From assembly GCA_964106645.2 (NCBI GenBank), contig OZ067048.1: DNA of 64,000 bases; one strand, given 5' to 3'. This stretch comes from Podarcis pityusensis (lineage: Eukaryota). Each line of letters opens with the position of its first letter. Position 1 is the first letter of the stretch. Made by a program: the position numbers and the translations under genes. Below the pieces are notes generated by a model. It did no database searches, had not been told where the DNA came from, and saw nothing but the letters and a program-made list of their open reading frames with translations. Of this stretch, positions 1 through 12,100 are shown piece after piece.

Positions 1-52
1 AGGAGAAAAGCAGCCTCCTTCTCCCCCCCCCTTTGGTCCCCTTCGTACTCAC

Positions 53-115
53 CGCTGAAATGAGGCCCTGGGACCACTGCCCGTCGTCCAGGGCGTTGGC
101 AGGGATGGCACCCAC
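53..115 (-). CDS. TLN1: TLN1 exon 54
   Basis: VGAIPANALDDGQWSQGLISA; 63 nt. Confidence 0.96.
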
Positions 116-3100
116 CTGGCAACAAAGAAGGCGGAGGGGGGTGAGACCAGAGGGTCCGCAAGAGGCCAGGCCTCCCCCAGATAGATAGATAGATACATTT
201 TATTCGCATTAGCCAACGGCCATAGCAACTTAAAACAAGCAATATATACAAATAAAATATATACAGTGGTGCCCCGCAAGACGAATGCCTCGCAAGACGG
301 AAAACCTGCTAGACGAAAGGGTTTTCCGTTTTTGAGTTGCTTCGCAGGACGAATTTCCCTATGGGCTTGCTTCGCAAGACGAAAATGTCTTGCGAGTCTC
401 GAGATTTTTTTTTCGCTCCCCCCCCCTTTTTCTAAGCCGCTAAACCGCTAATGGCCTTTTAGCAGCTAAGCCACTAAGCCGATAAGCCTTTAATAGCCGC
501 TAAACCGCTAATAGCGCTAATCCGCTAATCCGCTAATCGGGTTGCTTCGCAAGACGAAAAAACCGCTAGATGAAGACACTCGCGGAACGGATTAATTTCG
601 TCTTGCGAGGCACCACTGTACAAATAAAAAAAGACAGCAATGGGTATAAAGGGCAATCAAATGACCAAGATTATCGTTCAGATAGTGGCCCTTAATCTCA
701 TTGCACCCTCGATAAACCTAGCAACCTTCGCTGTTGTCCGATCATTTTGATCCGATAAAAGAAAGAACAATGTGGCCTCAGATGGGCGGCCTGGGATGGT
801 AAGTAAGAGTGGGGTGGTGATCTCATTCCTCAGATCTTTATAGAGGGCAGGACAGGAGAACTTGAGCCACTGGTCCCCCCCCCCCCCGGTCCACAGGACT
901 CACCTTCCCTTGGGCCACCAGCTCTCTCTGGGCGGCTGAGGCTGCTTTCACCAAGGCACTGGTTGCGGCCGCAATGGACTTGGCAGCCTCCAGAATCTGC
1001 TCCTCAAAGTTCAGGCTCTCATCTGCCTGCTGTTGGGGGGAGAGCAGAGTCAGCGGGGAGAAAGGGGAGGGCGGGATCACCTGCCATTGTTGCAGGATTT
1101 CGAAGCACCCCCAAACCCCACATTCAGAGACCAGGCCAACAGACCCCTGGGAGGGACTAGGGTGGCCTCCAGCAGCAGCCCCTGGGCAGACGGGTGAGGG
1201 GATGAGGGTGGCATCTGGGGGGCCCAGGGGACCTCCTGGGGGCAGCCCAGCTACCCACCTTGGGTTTTGCACGCGGCTTCAGCTGCTCCAGCTTCTTGGC
1301 GGCAGCCTCAATGGCAGCAGCGGCGCCCAGCAGCTCGTTCTCGGCGATGACGGTGGGATCCTCAGGGTCCACCCATTCCGTCCCTGGTGGGAGAGGGAAG
1401 CAGGAGTCAGGAGGGCAGAGAGCCGTTCCTCCCTCCCCCAGGAGCCCCAACAAGACCCCACCCATTTTGTTCAGGTGGGCATTTCTTTCTCCTGTTTCAG
1501 AGGGGTCCTTTCCAGAGAGGGGAAGCAGGGGGCCTCGCCCGGGGGAACCACCCACCTTTCATGGCCTCCGCTGCCTGGATGAGCTCCGTCACCGAGCCGG
1601 CCACTCGCTTGGAGTACGCAGCCAGCTGCTGCTTCAGGTCATGGCTGGGTTTCTGGAGGATCTGGAGCAAGATCGGGGGGGGGGGGGAGACAAGGGGTGA
1701 GCCATGCCCAGACCTACAGGGGGAGGGCGGAAGGTGGCGCGTGTCTTGGGGAGGGGAGGGTCCCCCCTGGCAGGGGCTCGCCTGCAGCAGGGCACCCAGG
1801 GGTGGGGGCCGTGGAAGACATGGGCTGCCCATTCCCAGGCACCCTGGAAAGAACCACAGGGGAAGCCCCCCGGGGGTGTAGGGGGTGAAGAGGAAAGTCC
1901 AAAGGAAGCCTGGGGAAAGGGGCAAGGAAGGTGCAAGAGGCTGAAGGAGGGAGGGGGCAGTTTTCCAGGGAGGGGAGAAGGTGGAAAGAAGAGCAATGGA
2001 GGTTCAAGGCCACACAGACTTCCCGGCTCCATGAGCTGCCCAGCAGCAGCAGGGCGAGGGGTCAGGGAGACCCTGAAGCTGCCTCCCCTGGAGCAGCCTG
2101 GGCACCTCTTGTCAGTTTGCATTTCTTAGTGCAGAAAGTATTGATCTGATGTGCAGAGATCTTTCCTATTCTACTGAATTCAAGAGGGTTCTGGAAGCAT
2201 CTCTGTGTGAAAGAAACAAGCAGAGGGTTCCTGATGTATGGGTTCTTCCTTCAGATATACTGAGTACAGTTGGCTTAAACTGGTTCTCTTATCCCTTCTG
2301 TCATGCTGACTATACTAAGAGGCCAGAAAGAGCCTGTTTTTCACTTTCTGTCTCTCTTCCTTCTGGTGTTCTGTACATAGTATGCTTAGTGTTATGCTTT
2401 AGACTTATTATAAATTAGTGTACGTTTAAGTTAAGTCTGCTGCACATGGATTTCTTATGGACAGGGCCAATCCTGAATGTATTGGATTTGTGACCATTCT
2501 GCTCATTTGCCTCCAGGAGCAGTAAAGCTCTGCTGGATGAAATATAATTGCCTATGGTCTATTTTTTGGGAATCTGCAACATGCTTGTTGCTCTGCTAAC
2601 TACACATCAGAGTTCTGCTCTGGATCAATATTGAGTAGAATTTCATTGACACCTCTAAGGGAGGCTGCTTGGCCTCAGATCTCAGAATCGCAAGATTTAA
2701 AGGGACCCCAAGGGCTCATCTAGTCCAACCCTTTGCAGTGCAGAAATCCCGGCTGCCCTGACCCTGGGTGACAAGGAACCTTCCGGGCCGCACCCCTGAG
2801 AGTGGGAAGACCTTCTTTTGCCCCTCCTCCCCCCAACACAGAGAGGCAGGCAGAGCTGCCGGCTCAGGCTAGTCATGGCTGAGCCGGGATTAGAACCCAG
2901 AACACCACTGTCCAACCCTGACCCAAGTGAGATGTTAGCCACACTGCAGTCGGGACTGGCTCCTAGCGGTTATTCACCACGGCATCCCAGAATCCAACAC
3001 AGCACAGCAGAACGGCAGGCACACAGCAAGGGCCCAGAGTTAAGGGGGGCAGGAGAGCCTGGCTCACCCCTTACTTCTGCCAGGAGACTCCCCCCCCATG

Positions 3101-6100
3101 CGCGTGAGCACACCCCCCAGGTGCCACACACTCCCATGCAGGGCACTCCATACTCACAGGCTGCCCAGAAGAGAAAGAAAGAGAGAGGAGAGAGAAGAGA
3201 AAGGGGGTGAGCAGGGAGGAGGAGGAGGAGGCTGCTGGGGGGGCAAAGGGCCCCCGCCCCGAGATCCAGCCTCCGCCACGCAGGGTACAGGGCAGAGGGA
3301 GGCACACGCACTCACCACCAGCACGTGCTCCAGCAGCTCCAGGTAACCGTTGGCACACTCCTTGCCAAAGCGCAGCGCCCGCTGCCGAACCTCCGCGTTG
3401 GCCTCTGGGTGGTAGGCAGCCTCCTGCAAAAGCCCCACAGGTGAGAAACAGCCTAATGCAGGAGCCTGGCAGGGTGGTGCCAGGGCTGGGGCACTGGGCA
3501 CAGGTTTGCTGGGCACAGGAGAGAAGCATCCAGAGCCACGCTGGGTCCGGAGAGCCCCTCTGGCTTAGCAGCTCTTCCAAGATCCTGGCCGAGCCTCCTT
3601 TGAATTGTAGAATTGTGGAATTGGCAGGGTTGACACATGTCTGGTTTCTCCAGACAGGTCTTCTTTTTGGGGTGCAACATCTCAGTCTGGGCGGATTTTT
3701 TGAATTTGCCAAAATGTCTGGGTTCTTGCAAACAGAGCCAGGAAGTGTGCGTGCGAGGATCACTCTTAACCTTTTCCTATTTCTACAGTGCGCCTGCATG
3801 GTGCATTTGGGGACTGGGCTCGTCATCAAACAGCAGGTCGGTCCTAGACCTCTCTGAGCTGTTGGCCATACTGGTGCCCAGGAAGCCGCCCCTGGGCAGG
3901 CGGGAAAAACTCCCTGAAGGAGGGTCTCTGCTGGCACCTTCTTGCTCTGGCTCCCCTTCCCCACCCCAGGGCCTTGTCCATTGATTGCAATGAAGCCAAC
4001 TCTATTTTGCAATATCAGAAAGATCTAAGAAAAGAAACAGAGCGCTGGCAAGTAAAGAGGACCCCCCCCCCCGCTCTCTCTGTCCTAATTAAAAGCTTTG
4101 GGGGGCATTTGGAGATGAACCAAATCACCTTGGGTACCTCTAAACACAATTCTTGAATGTAAGTTAAAATACACAGCTCTCATGGAAGACCAGGGAAAGC
4201 CCCCCTCCCCATTTTTGTGTGTGGGGTGTGTGCCCTATTTTATACATCTCAAAATCTTAGCAGACTGAAGAACCTAGAAAAGAAAGTGCTGGGGGTTGGG
4301 GGGGGGAGAGTGGAGGAAATGGCGGAAGCACTGGGCACCCCATTTCCCCCCTAAAAGTTTGCTCCTTTCCTTTGGTCACCGTTCTGCTTGGATCTTCATA
4401 TTGTATTTCTTCTTGCCCTTATGTGACCCCCAAACCAAGGAGATAAGTGACTATACAACCTTTAGAAGGCATCTGAAGGCAGCCCTGTGCAGGGAAGATT
4501 ATAAATGTTCCATGTTTTATTATGTTTTTGTGTATGTTGGAAGCCACCCAGAGTGGCTGGGGCAACCCAGTTGGGTGGGCGAGGTATAAATAATAAAATT
4601 ATTATTATTGAAGATGATGTCCCTATTTTCAATGGAGAAATGTTTGAGGGCACAATGTGCCCAGTGTGTGCGTGCCATGGAAGGTGCGGGGGCTCCATGT
4701 CCTCTTTTTCGCTCTTTAAAATAAGGCAACCCTATTCTAGTCCAACCCTCAGAAATTCAGGATTCGCACCTGGAGCCTCGTAAATGCACTGCCCCCATCC
4801 TCCGATGACTGTCCAAGGGGGTCCTGTGAGCTTGCCCCACCTGTTTCCAAGGATGTCCCCCTTCAGCTCCCCCCACCGTGAGCATGCCCCTCCGCTTCCC
4901 ACCTTGCAAGAGCGCAGCATGTCGGCAATGGCGCGGCGGCTCAGGTTGGCCGTGGCGATCACGTCCTCCTGCCGGCACGAGTTGCCAGCTGCCACAGCCT
5001 TGGCAGTCGCCATGGTGATGCCTTTGGTCATGCGGATGAAGTCCTCCGGCGTTGAGGTCTTGGCGGGCGGCACCTGGGAGCAGAAGACCTGCGGGGGACG
5101 GGAGGTGGTCAGCCTGGCCGGGAGAGGAGGTAGAGGGTGGGGCAGAGCAAGGGGGCAGCAGCCCCAGCCCCCCTCCCGCCAACGCACTCACCGCAAGCTC
5201 CTGGCGGATGTGCTCAATTGTGGCTTCCAGCGCTCGGGTCCCCTTGGTGGCTTCGTCCTCCACGGCCTTCACCGTCTTCAGCAGCGACGTGACGTTGGTG
5301 ACCATCACCTGCCAAGCAGAAAAGGGTGACCTTTGGAGGGGGGGGAGGAAGAGGGCTCCCTGCTCCCTACAGCCCTAGGGGAACTTCCTCCCTTGGGTGG
5401 CCATAGAATCTAAGCATTGCAGAGGGGGAAGGGACCCCTGGGGGTCATCCAGTACAACCCCTACCATGTCACAACCAAATCATCCCTGAGAGGTGGAAGC
5501 TCTGCTTAAAAAACCCCAAGGAAGGAGAGCCCACCCCCTTCTGAGGAGCCTGCTTTCCCTACACACCCCACTCTGCCCCACACACGTGCCCATGAGCTGC
5601 TGCAGAGTCTCCCACCTTGGCTGAGTTCTTCAGCTGGTAAACGGCCGGGTCATCGCCAGACTTGCCCGCGGCAGCCTTGGTGGCGCTGATCAGGTCCCCA
5701 AGGGCCTTGGCCACGTCCTTCACGGCATTGATCAAGACCACCTGAGCGCAGAGAGGAGAGGAGGAGGACATGAGCAGAGCCTGCAGCTGGATCAGGCCCA
5801 AGGGGGTCCCCCCACGGGAAGCCAGCAAGCAGGATTCGAGAGCAAGAGCCGTCAGATGGTCAACGGAAGGACAGACCCAAGGAGAGGGGTGACCCAGCCA
5901 TTGTGGCCCTTACCTGCGTCTCGGGGTCCTCCGAGCCCAGGCTGGCGGCCCCCAGCTTCACCACCTCGGAGAGGCGTGTGATGGTGGCCACAGAGGACTG
6001 GGCAGCCTGTGCCAGCTTCTCCTGGCTGGCCGTGGCGTTCTGCACCAGCACCTTGGTGTCCTCCACCAGCGCCTTGGCCGTCTTCAGGATGCCCTCCCTG

Positions 6101-9100
6101 CCAAAGAAATGGGGTGGGAGGGGTTAGGAGGTGGCCAGGAATTCTGGAAGGCCTGTTGGAGGCCACATGGGAACCGCTGGGGGCCACTACCTGTGGTCGG
6201 CAAAGGTCTCTGCGTTTTCGCGGTTGAGGGTCCCGGCTGTGGCAAACATGATGGTGGTGTCCAGATCCGCGATGATGCCAGAGACAGCGCTGGCCGCTGT
6301 GATGCAGGCCTGGGTTCCCCGGTTGCCTGCCTGGAGGGCGGCCAAGACGTGCGACACCTGCGGAGGGAGACAGGACAGCTGGCCTCCCATCGGCACTGGG
6401 CTGACCCCCAGCACGGTCCCAGGAGAAGATCCCAGGGGGAGGAGACAATGCAGGCGTGTGTTGGTGTGGGAAAATGTTAGGAGGGGATCTGCTGGATCCG
6501 GCCAGTGGTCCCTCTAGCCCAGCATCCTGTTCCCACAGTGGCCGACCAAAGGGAAACCAGTAAGCAGGATCTGAGCACGAGAGCCACTCGTTTCCAGCCA
6601 CTGCTGCCTCCAACCTCCGAGGGGAGAGCCCAGCCAGCAGAACCAGCTCCTCTGCCCAGAGGCCACTGGGTGCTGGTGTCACTGGGCCCTGGCCTCCCTC
6701 CCCCCCCCAGCCCAGGCAGGCAGGCACCTTCTCGGAGACCCTGCGGGCGCACTCAATCAGCTCCTTCTTGGTGTAGGTGTCGCTGGGGCTGCACTGGAGG
6801 GCTCCCGCCTTCGTCACCAGCGCCGCACAGCCGTGGCCCAACTCCTGTACCCGGTTCTTTATGTGGGAGCCAATCTGGAGGGGAAAGAAGGCTGTGGGAG
6901 CCTGGCTGCGTGGCGCTCATCTTCTGCCCACACCTCCGTGTGCGGCTGCTGCTTCTCTCCACCAGCCCCACCTGACCTCCAACCACCCCTTTCCCCATTC
7001 CAGCCGCCAGAGGCAACAAGGTCCTTCTCAGCCTTCTGGGTTCAGGAAGAGCAAGAAGAACCCAACGTTTGATGCCCTGCCAGCCTGAGGCTCACAGCTC
7101 TGGGCAAATCAACCAGCTCCCCACCACATCCCTGCCCCACTGCCCAACCACCAGGGACGTCCCCCCCCCTCACCTCATCATTCTCAGCCGTGATGGCAGC
7201 CGGCTTAGCCTGGAGCGCCAGCTGTCCGTAGTCGCTGGTGAGCTGGTTGGCCAAGGTGCCCAGTTCGTCCGGGTTGGTGGTGGATTTGGTGACCTGGAAG
7301 AGGGTAGGGGCAGTTGAAGGGGGAAGAAGAGAGAGGCACCCCCAAATCCTGGCAGAAGGCAGTCTGGCCAGGAGGCGGAAGGAAGAGGGGGGGTTCTCAA
7401 AGGGGCCTGGCCCAGATCCCCCCACGGAGGCCTCCCCCACAACACCCCCAATGCCTCACCATCTCCTGGACGGTCACAGCGATGGCCTTGGCGGTCTTCA
7501 CCATGGTGGTCTGGTAGTCCACAAAGGTCCCCTCTGGCTCTCCCACGGGGCCCTCATCCAGCTGGGCGGGAAGAAAGAGAAACATCTCCTTTCAGAGGAC
7601 ACCAAGGCTGCCTCTGACCCCCAAGCGGCTGAGCTCCGCTGCTGGCCCTGGAAGCACCCTGGCCTCTGCTGCCTCTGCAGTAGGAGGCCCACCCCTGGAC
7701 CCAAGAGGCACCCAAGAAGCTCCCAACGCCTTTCTGGAGACAACCCTGTGGGGGGAGGGAACTTCCTGGGGAAGCCCGGCAGGGAGTGCCGTATAAATCC
7801 AAGGTGGTGGGTTGGAACAAAGGCACCAGGAATTTCAACGTAAAAGGGAGCAGACGTGGTCTGATTACTTGTTCCATGTCCAAAGTGGAAATGAATCCAG
7901 CAAACACAACCGACTTCTGGGGAGAGGAAAGGGCAGATTGATCTCTTTCTGATTGATCTCTGCTGACAGATCATTACGTGGTGATTGACAGCAATCAGAT
8001 AGAAGGTCTGGTGATCAAATCACTCTGCGTTAAAGTCACGCAAATGCTCTGACCAAGGCTGTTTGAGCCAAGGAACTGACATCATGTTCAAACGCCACAT
8101 AATAATCCTTTATGGGTATAAGATCTGCATCTTCTCTTTTTTAAACATTTATGGGACAAGATAATCTGTAACTTAAAGAGATTTCTCTGTCTACTGATGA
8201 AATTTCACAATTGGAAAGAGCTGCTTTCCGTCTTTAAGAAGAAGAGAAGGAAAACTGGTTAAGTGTCCAAGGCAGAGCAAAAAGCCTGATTTATGGTTGA
8301 CAATAAAGATTAAACATATGAGGGAATTCCTCATGTGAAAAATCAATATTTGTTTTTCTTTCAAAAGAAGAAACTGGGAACTGAAAGAAAGATGGCCATT
8401 ATTTCCTGTGTGGGAAAAGATTATTGTAGTGACAGTGATCTTAAGGTGGAAATCTTAGAGTCGGGAATTATGAAAAGATTGAGTTGTTAATAACATCAAA
8501 AACATCCAAAGTATCCAGTTTGGCAAATATATCTTTGGCTTCCCCAGTGACTGTTGGTATTATTCGGCAGTTGATGGCTGAACAATTAGAAATGATCAGA
8601 TTGCTGAGAGCATTTGCAGATGACTTAGTATTGACGTTACAGGAGCCAGAATCTAGTACTAAAAGGGTTTTAGAATTAATTAGAATTAATTCAAGAATTT
8701 GGTCAAGTGGCAGGATTTAAATTGAACAAGCTAAAAACTAAGGTTTTAGAGAAAAATTTAACACCGATTGAAAGAGAGAGGTTTCAGAATGAGACAGGCC
8801 TGACTGTGGTTAAGAAAGTGAAATACCTGGGGATTAATATGGCAGCCAAAAATGGGAACTTATTTAAAGATAATTATGAAAAATGTTGGACGGAAGTGAA
8901 AAAAGATTTAGAAATCTGGTCAAATTTGAAGCTTTCACTGTTGGGTCGTATTGCTGTGATAAAAATGAATGTATTGCCTAGAATGTTGTTTTTGTTTCAG
9001 ACATTGCAAATTGTGGACAAGATGGACTGTTTCAAGAAGTGGCAGAGAGATATTTCTAGATTTGTCTGAAAAGACTATTTACAGAAATATTGTAAAATTA

Positions 9101-12100
9101 ATGAATGATAGAATGATGTTGGATAGTAATTAAGCGGTTTCCAGCTATAATGTTCTAAGAGAATATGAAAAAAGGGTTATAAATGGGTTAAAATCTAATG
9201 GTAAGGATTTGCTGAACCAATAAATTGAAGTGGAATACAAAAAAGGGAGGTACGAGGAGGTCCGGGAAACAAGCTAAAGGAAAATAAGTAATAGAAAATA
9301 TGTGTGTTTTTAACTGTTTTTATTTTTTCTTTTTCATTTTTCTTTTTCATTTTCACTGTAATATTTCAAAAAACTTTAATAAATATCTTATAAAAAAATT
9401 TAGAAATGATCAGATTGATGTTTCATGAAAAGGGAAAAGAAAAAGAATCAGAGAGATATGAAATGAAAAATGGAACCGGAGATTAGATTTCAGACAAAAT
9501 CGATGAAAAGTTGGTAAGACTGGAGAAAGCAGGTGGTGAAATGGAAATGCCTTTCATCTGGGGGCTTGGAGGAAAAGGGAAAGATAAAATAATAAATGGA
9601 AAGATAGATATGAATGAAAAAACACAGTTGACAATGACTAATAATAATAATAATTTGGAAACCCCTCTTGGATTTTCGTGGGAAAAAGAAATGAATGATT
9701 TTGAGACACGTGGACTCAGAATAAATATTACTGCACAGAAAGTGGAGAAGATGGATGTTATCATGGACAGAATGTCTTAAATAACATTTTTTATGTAACT
9801 GGTGGATGGAAAATTGGAGGTCCTTTTTATCTTTTTTAATTGTATCTTTCCGCTTTCTCTCTCTTTTCCTTTGCTTTCCTTTTTCTCTCTCTTTCCTTTC
9901 TTCCTGTTTCTTTCTTTCTTGTTCTGGTAGCTGTTTTCATTTCTGCTTTTATTTATGTTAGTTTTCTATATCTTACCATATTACGAAATCTTCAAATAAA
10001 AATCTTAATGTGAATGCAGCAAACACAATCAGGATTTGCTTTTGCTACTCTTTTAGTCTGCAAATGATACACAATTGATAACATTCCCCCTAATCTTCAA
10101 CTGTAGTGTAATTAGGCAATTATGTAAAATTCCGCTACGGTGGAGTGGGACAAAGAACATTTTTGTGGGAAGCAGAAAACTGCAGCCGAAGAAACAGTCC
10201 TACGTGTGACGAGGAGGCGGGAACAGACCTCCCTGCCTTCTCCCCTCCCCTTTGGGGGGGCCCATTAAAATTCAAAGGGGGGGTTGCGCTCTGGGGAAGG
10301 AGTCGCACCTGGTTGATGGCTTGAGTGATGGAGTCCACCATGCCGCCAACCACGCCTGCTGCGCTGGCCGCCTCGTTCAGGGTGGCCGTCAGGTCCTCCA
10401 CGGCCTCCTTCATCATCTGCGCAGACTCCTCGAGGGCTTCCTGCGTGTGGGCTGCTTGCTGTGGGGGGAGAAGGCGATGCATCACCTGCTTGCTCAGAAG
10501 CGCCTCGCTGCTCATCATTCCCATCTGAGCAGACACTGGTGTGGCGCCCCCCACCTGCCCGGCAGGCCCCTCTGGGAACGGCAGAGCCAGCCTCCCTCTC
10601 CCTGCCCCAGAAGAAGAAGAGGAGTTTGGATTTGATATCCCGCCTTTCACTCCCCTTCAGGAGTCTCAAAGCGGCTCACATTCTCCTTTCCCTTCCTCCC
10701 CCACAACAAACACTCTGTGAGGTGAGTGGGGCTGAGAGACTTCAGAGAAGTGTGACTGGCCCAAGGTCACCCAGCAGCTGCAGGTGGAGGAGCGGAGACG
10801 CGAACCCGGTTCCCCAGATTACGAGACTACCGCTCTGAACCACTACACCACCCTGGCTGGCACCTTGGGGTTCCCTCCGGCCTCCTTGGCCGTGTAGAGC
10901 ATCTGCAGGGCCGACTCTGCCAGCGTCTTCGTCTGGTCCAGGAGGTTCATCTGCTGCTGGCTGTTGAGGGTCTTGGAGGCAGCCCCCACGGCCGCCAGAA
11001 CCAGCGGCTGAAAGTACTGAGCCAGCTGAGAGACCTGGAGGGAGAGAAGGGGCAGGTGAACGGGGGGGGGGGGGGAGCAGAATCCCAGTCTCCCTGGCAG
11101 GGGGCACACAGCGCCAGGGAGGCCAGCCCTCCTGCAGCTCCTGCCTTAGGCACCCTGGGCGCAGAAGAGGGCCACGTCTGAGAGAGGACACCCCTCAACA
11201 GCTTTTGCCGTGTGATTCAGTCACAATGAGCAAAACCTCAGCAGAAGAGGAGAACCGCAAGGAGGGAGGCAGAGGAGGAGGAGGGAGAGGCAAAGGGGCT
11301 GCTCTGGCACTTCCCTTCAGCAGCCTGAAGAGTCTGCCAGGAGAACCCCTGGAATGCCACTCTATGCCACAGGAGGGCAGGAGATCTCCCCAGTGAGCGC
11401 CAGGGGACAAGCACCCCTTCTGGACTGAGTTTGCTGCTTTGCTCATCAGCCTGGTTGCCATGGCATTGAAGGCAAAGCCTCAGGTACGCCAGAGACCCTG
11501 GAGAAGAGATCTCTGGCCACACCTAAGGCCTCGCCCTCAATGCCAGGGCAGCTGGACTGCCCTTCGCTCTCCCGCCCGCAGCTCCTTCCAGAATCCCAGG
11601 CCCACAGAAGTCCCCTCTCTGGCACCAGAGGTCCAAAGCCTCCCCTTTGCTTGCTGGTATTCTTCCTCACTCCAAATATGCCATCATCCCTCACAGGAAG
11701 AGCCCAAGCCAGGCCACTGCCCCCCCTGGCACAGGGCTTCCTGCACAGGCTGGCAGCAGTGGCTCTGCAGGGATTCAGGCAGGTGGGCTGCCAGTGGGGA
11801 TGGAAGCAGGAACCTTCTGCCTGCCCAGCAGCTGCTCTGGCCCTTCCCCACCAGCAACTCTCGTTAGGCAGCCCTTGGCTCTGCCTTCTTCCAGCACCCC
11901 CCCATCCCTGCCCCCCACCAGCCCCCCATCTTCTTACCTTGTGCCCCAGCTGGGAGGCCTCGGCTCGCGCTGCCCCAGCCACCGGCTCAATGAGGTTGTT
12001 GATCTCCTGGACGGCCGTGAGCATCTGGTTGTGCAAGGCCTGCGAGGGAGGGAGGGAGAGTTCCTGGCAGGCCCATTTGGGGAAGGGGGCACGAAGCCCA

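Noticed and set aside
430-540. Short repeated CCGCTAA(T/A) units that superficially resemble an array
   Set aside because: Internal tandem repeats of the Tigger-like MITE, with no spacers and in a eukaryotic context, so not CRISPR.
11195-11461. 88-aa minus-strand ORF MATRLMSKAANSVQKG... in intron 39
   Set aside because: No recognisable homology and no convincing splice donor linking it to exon 40.
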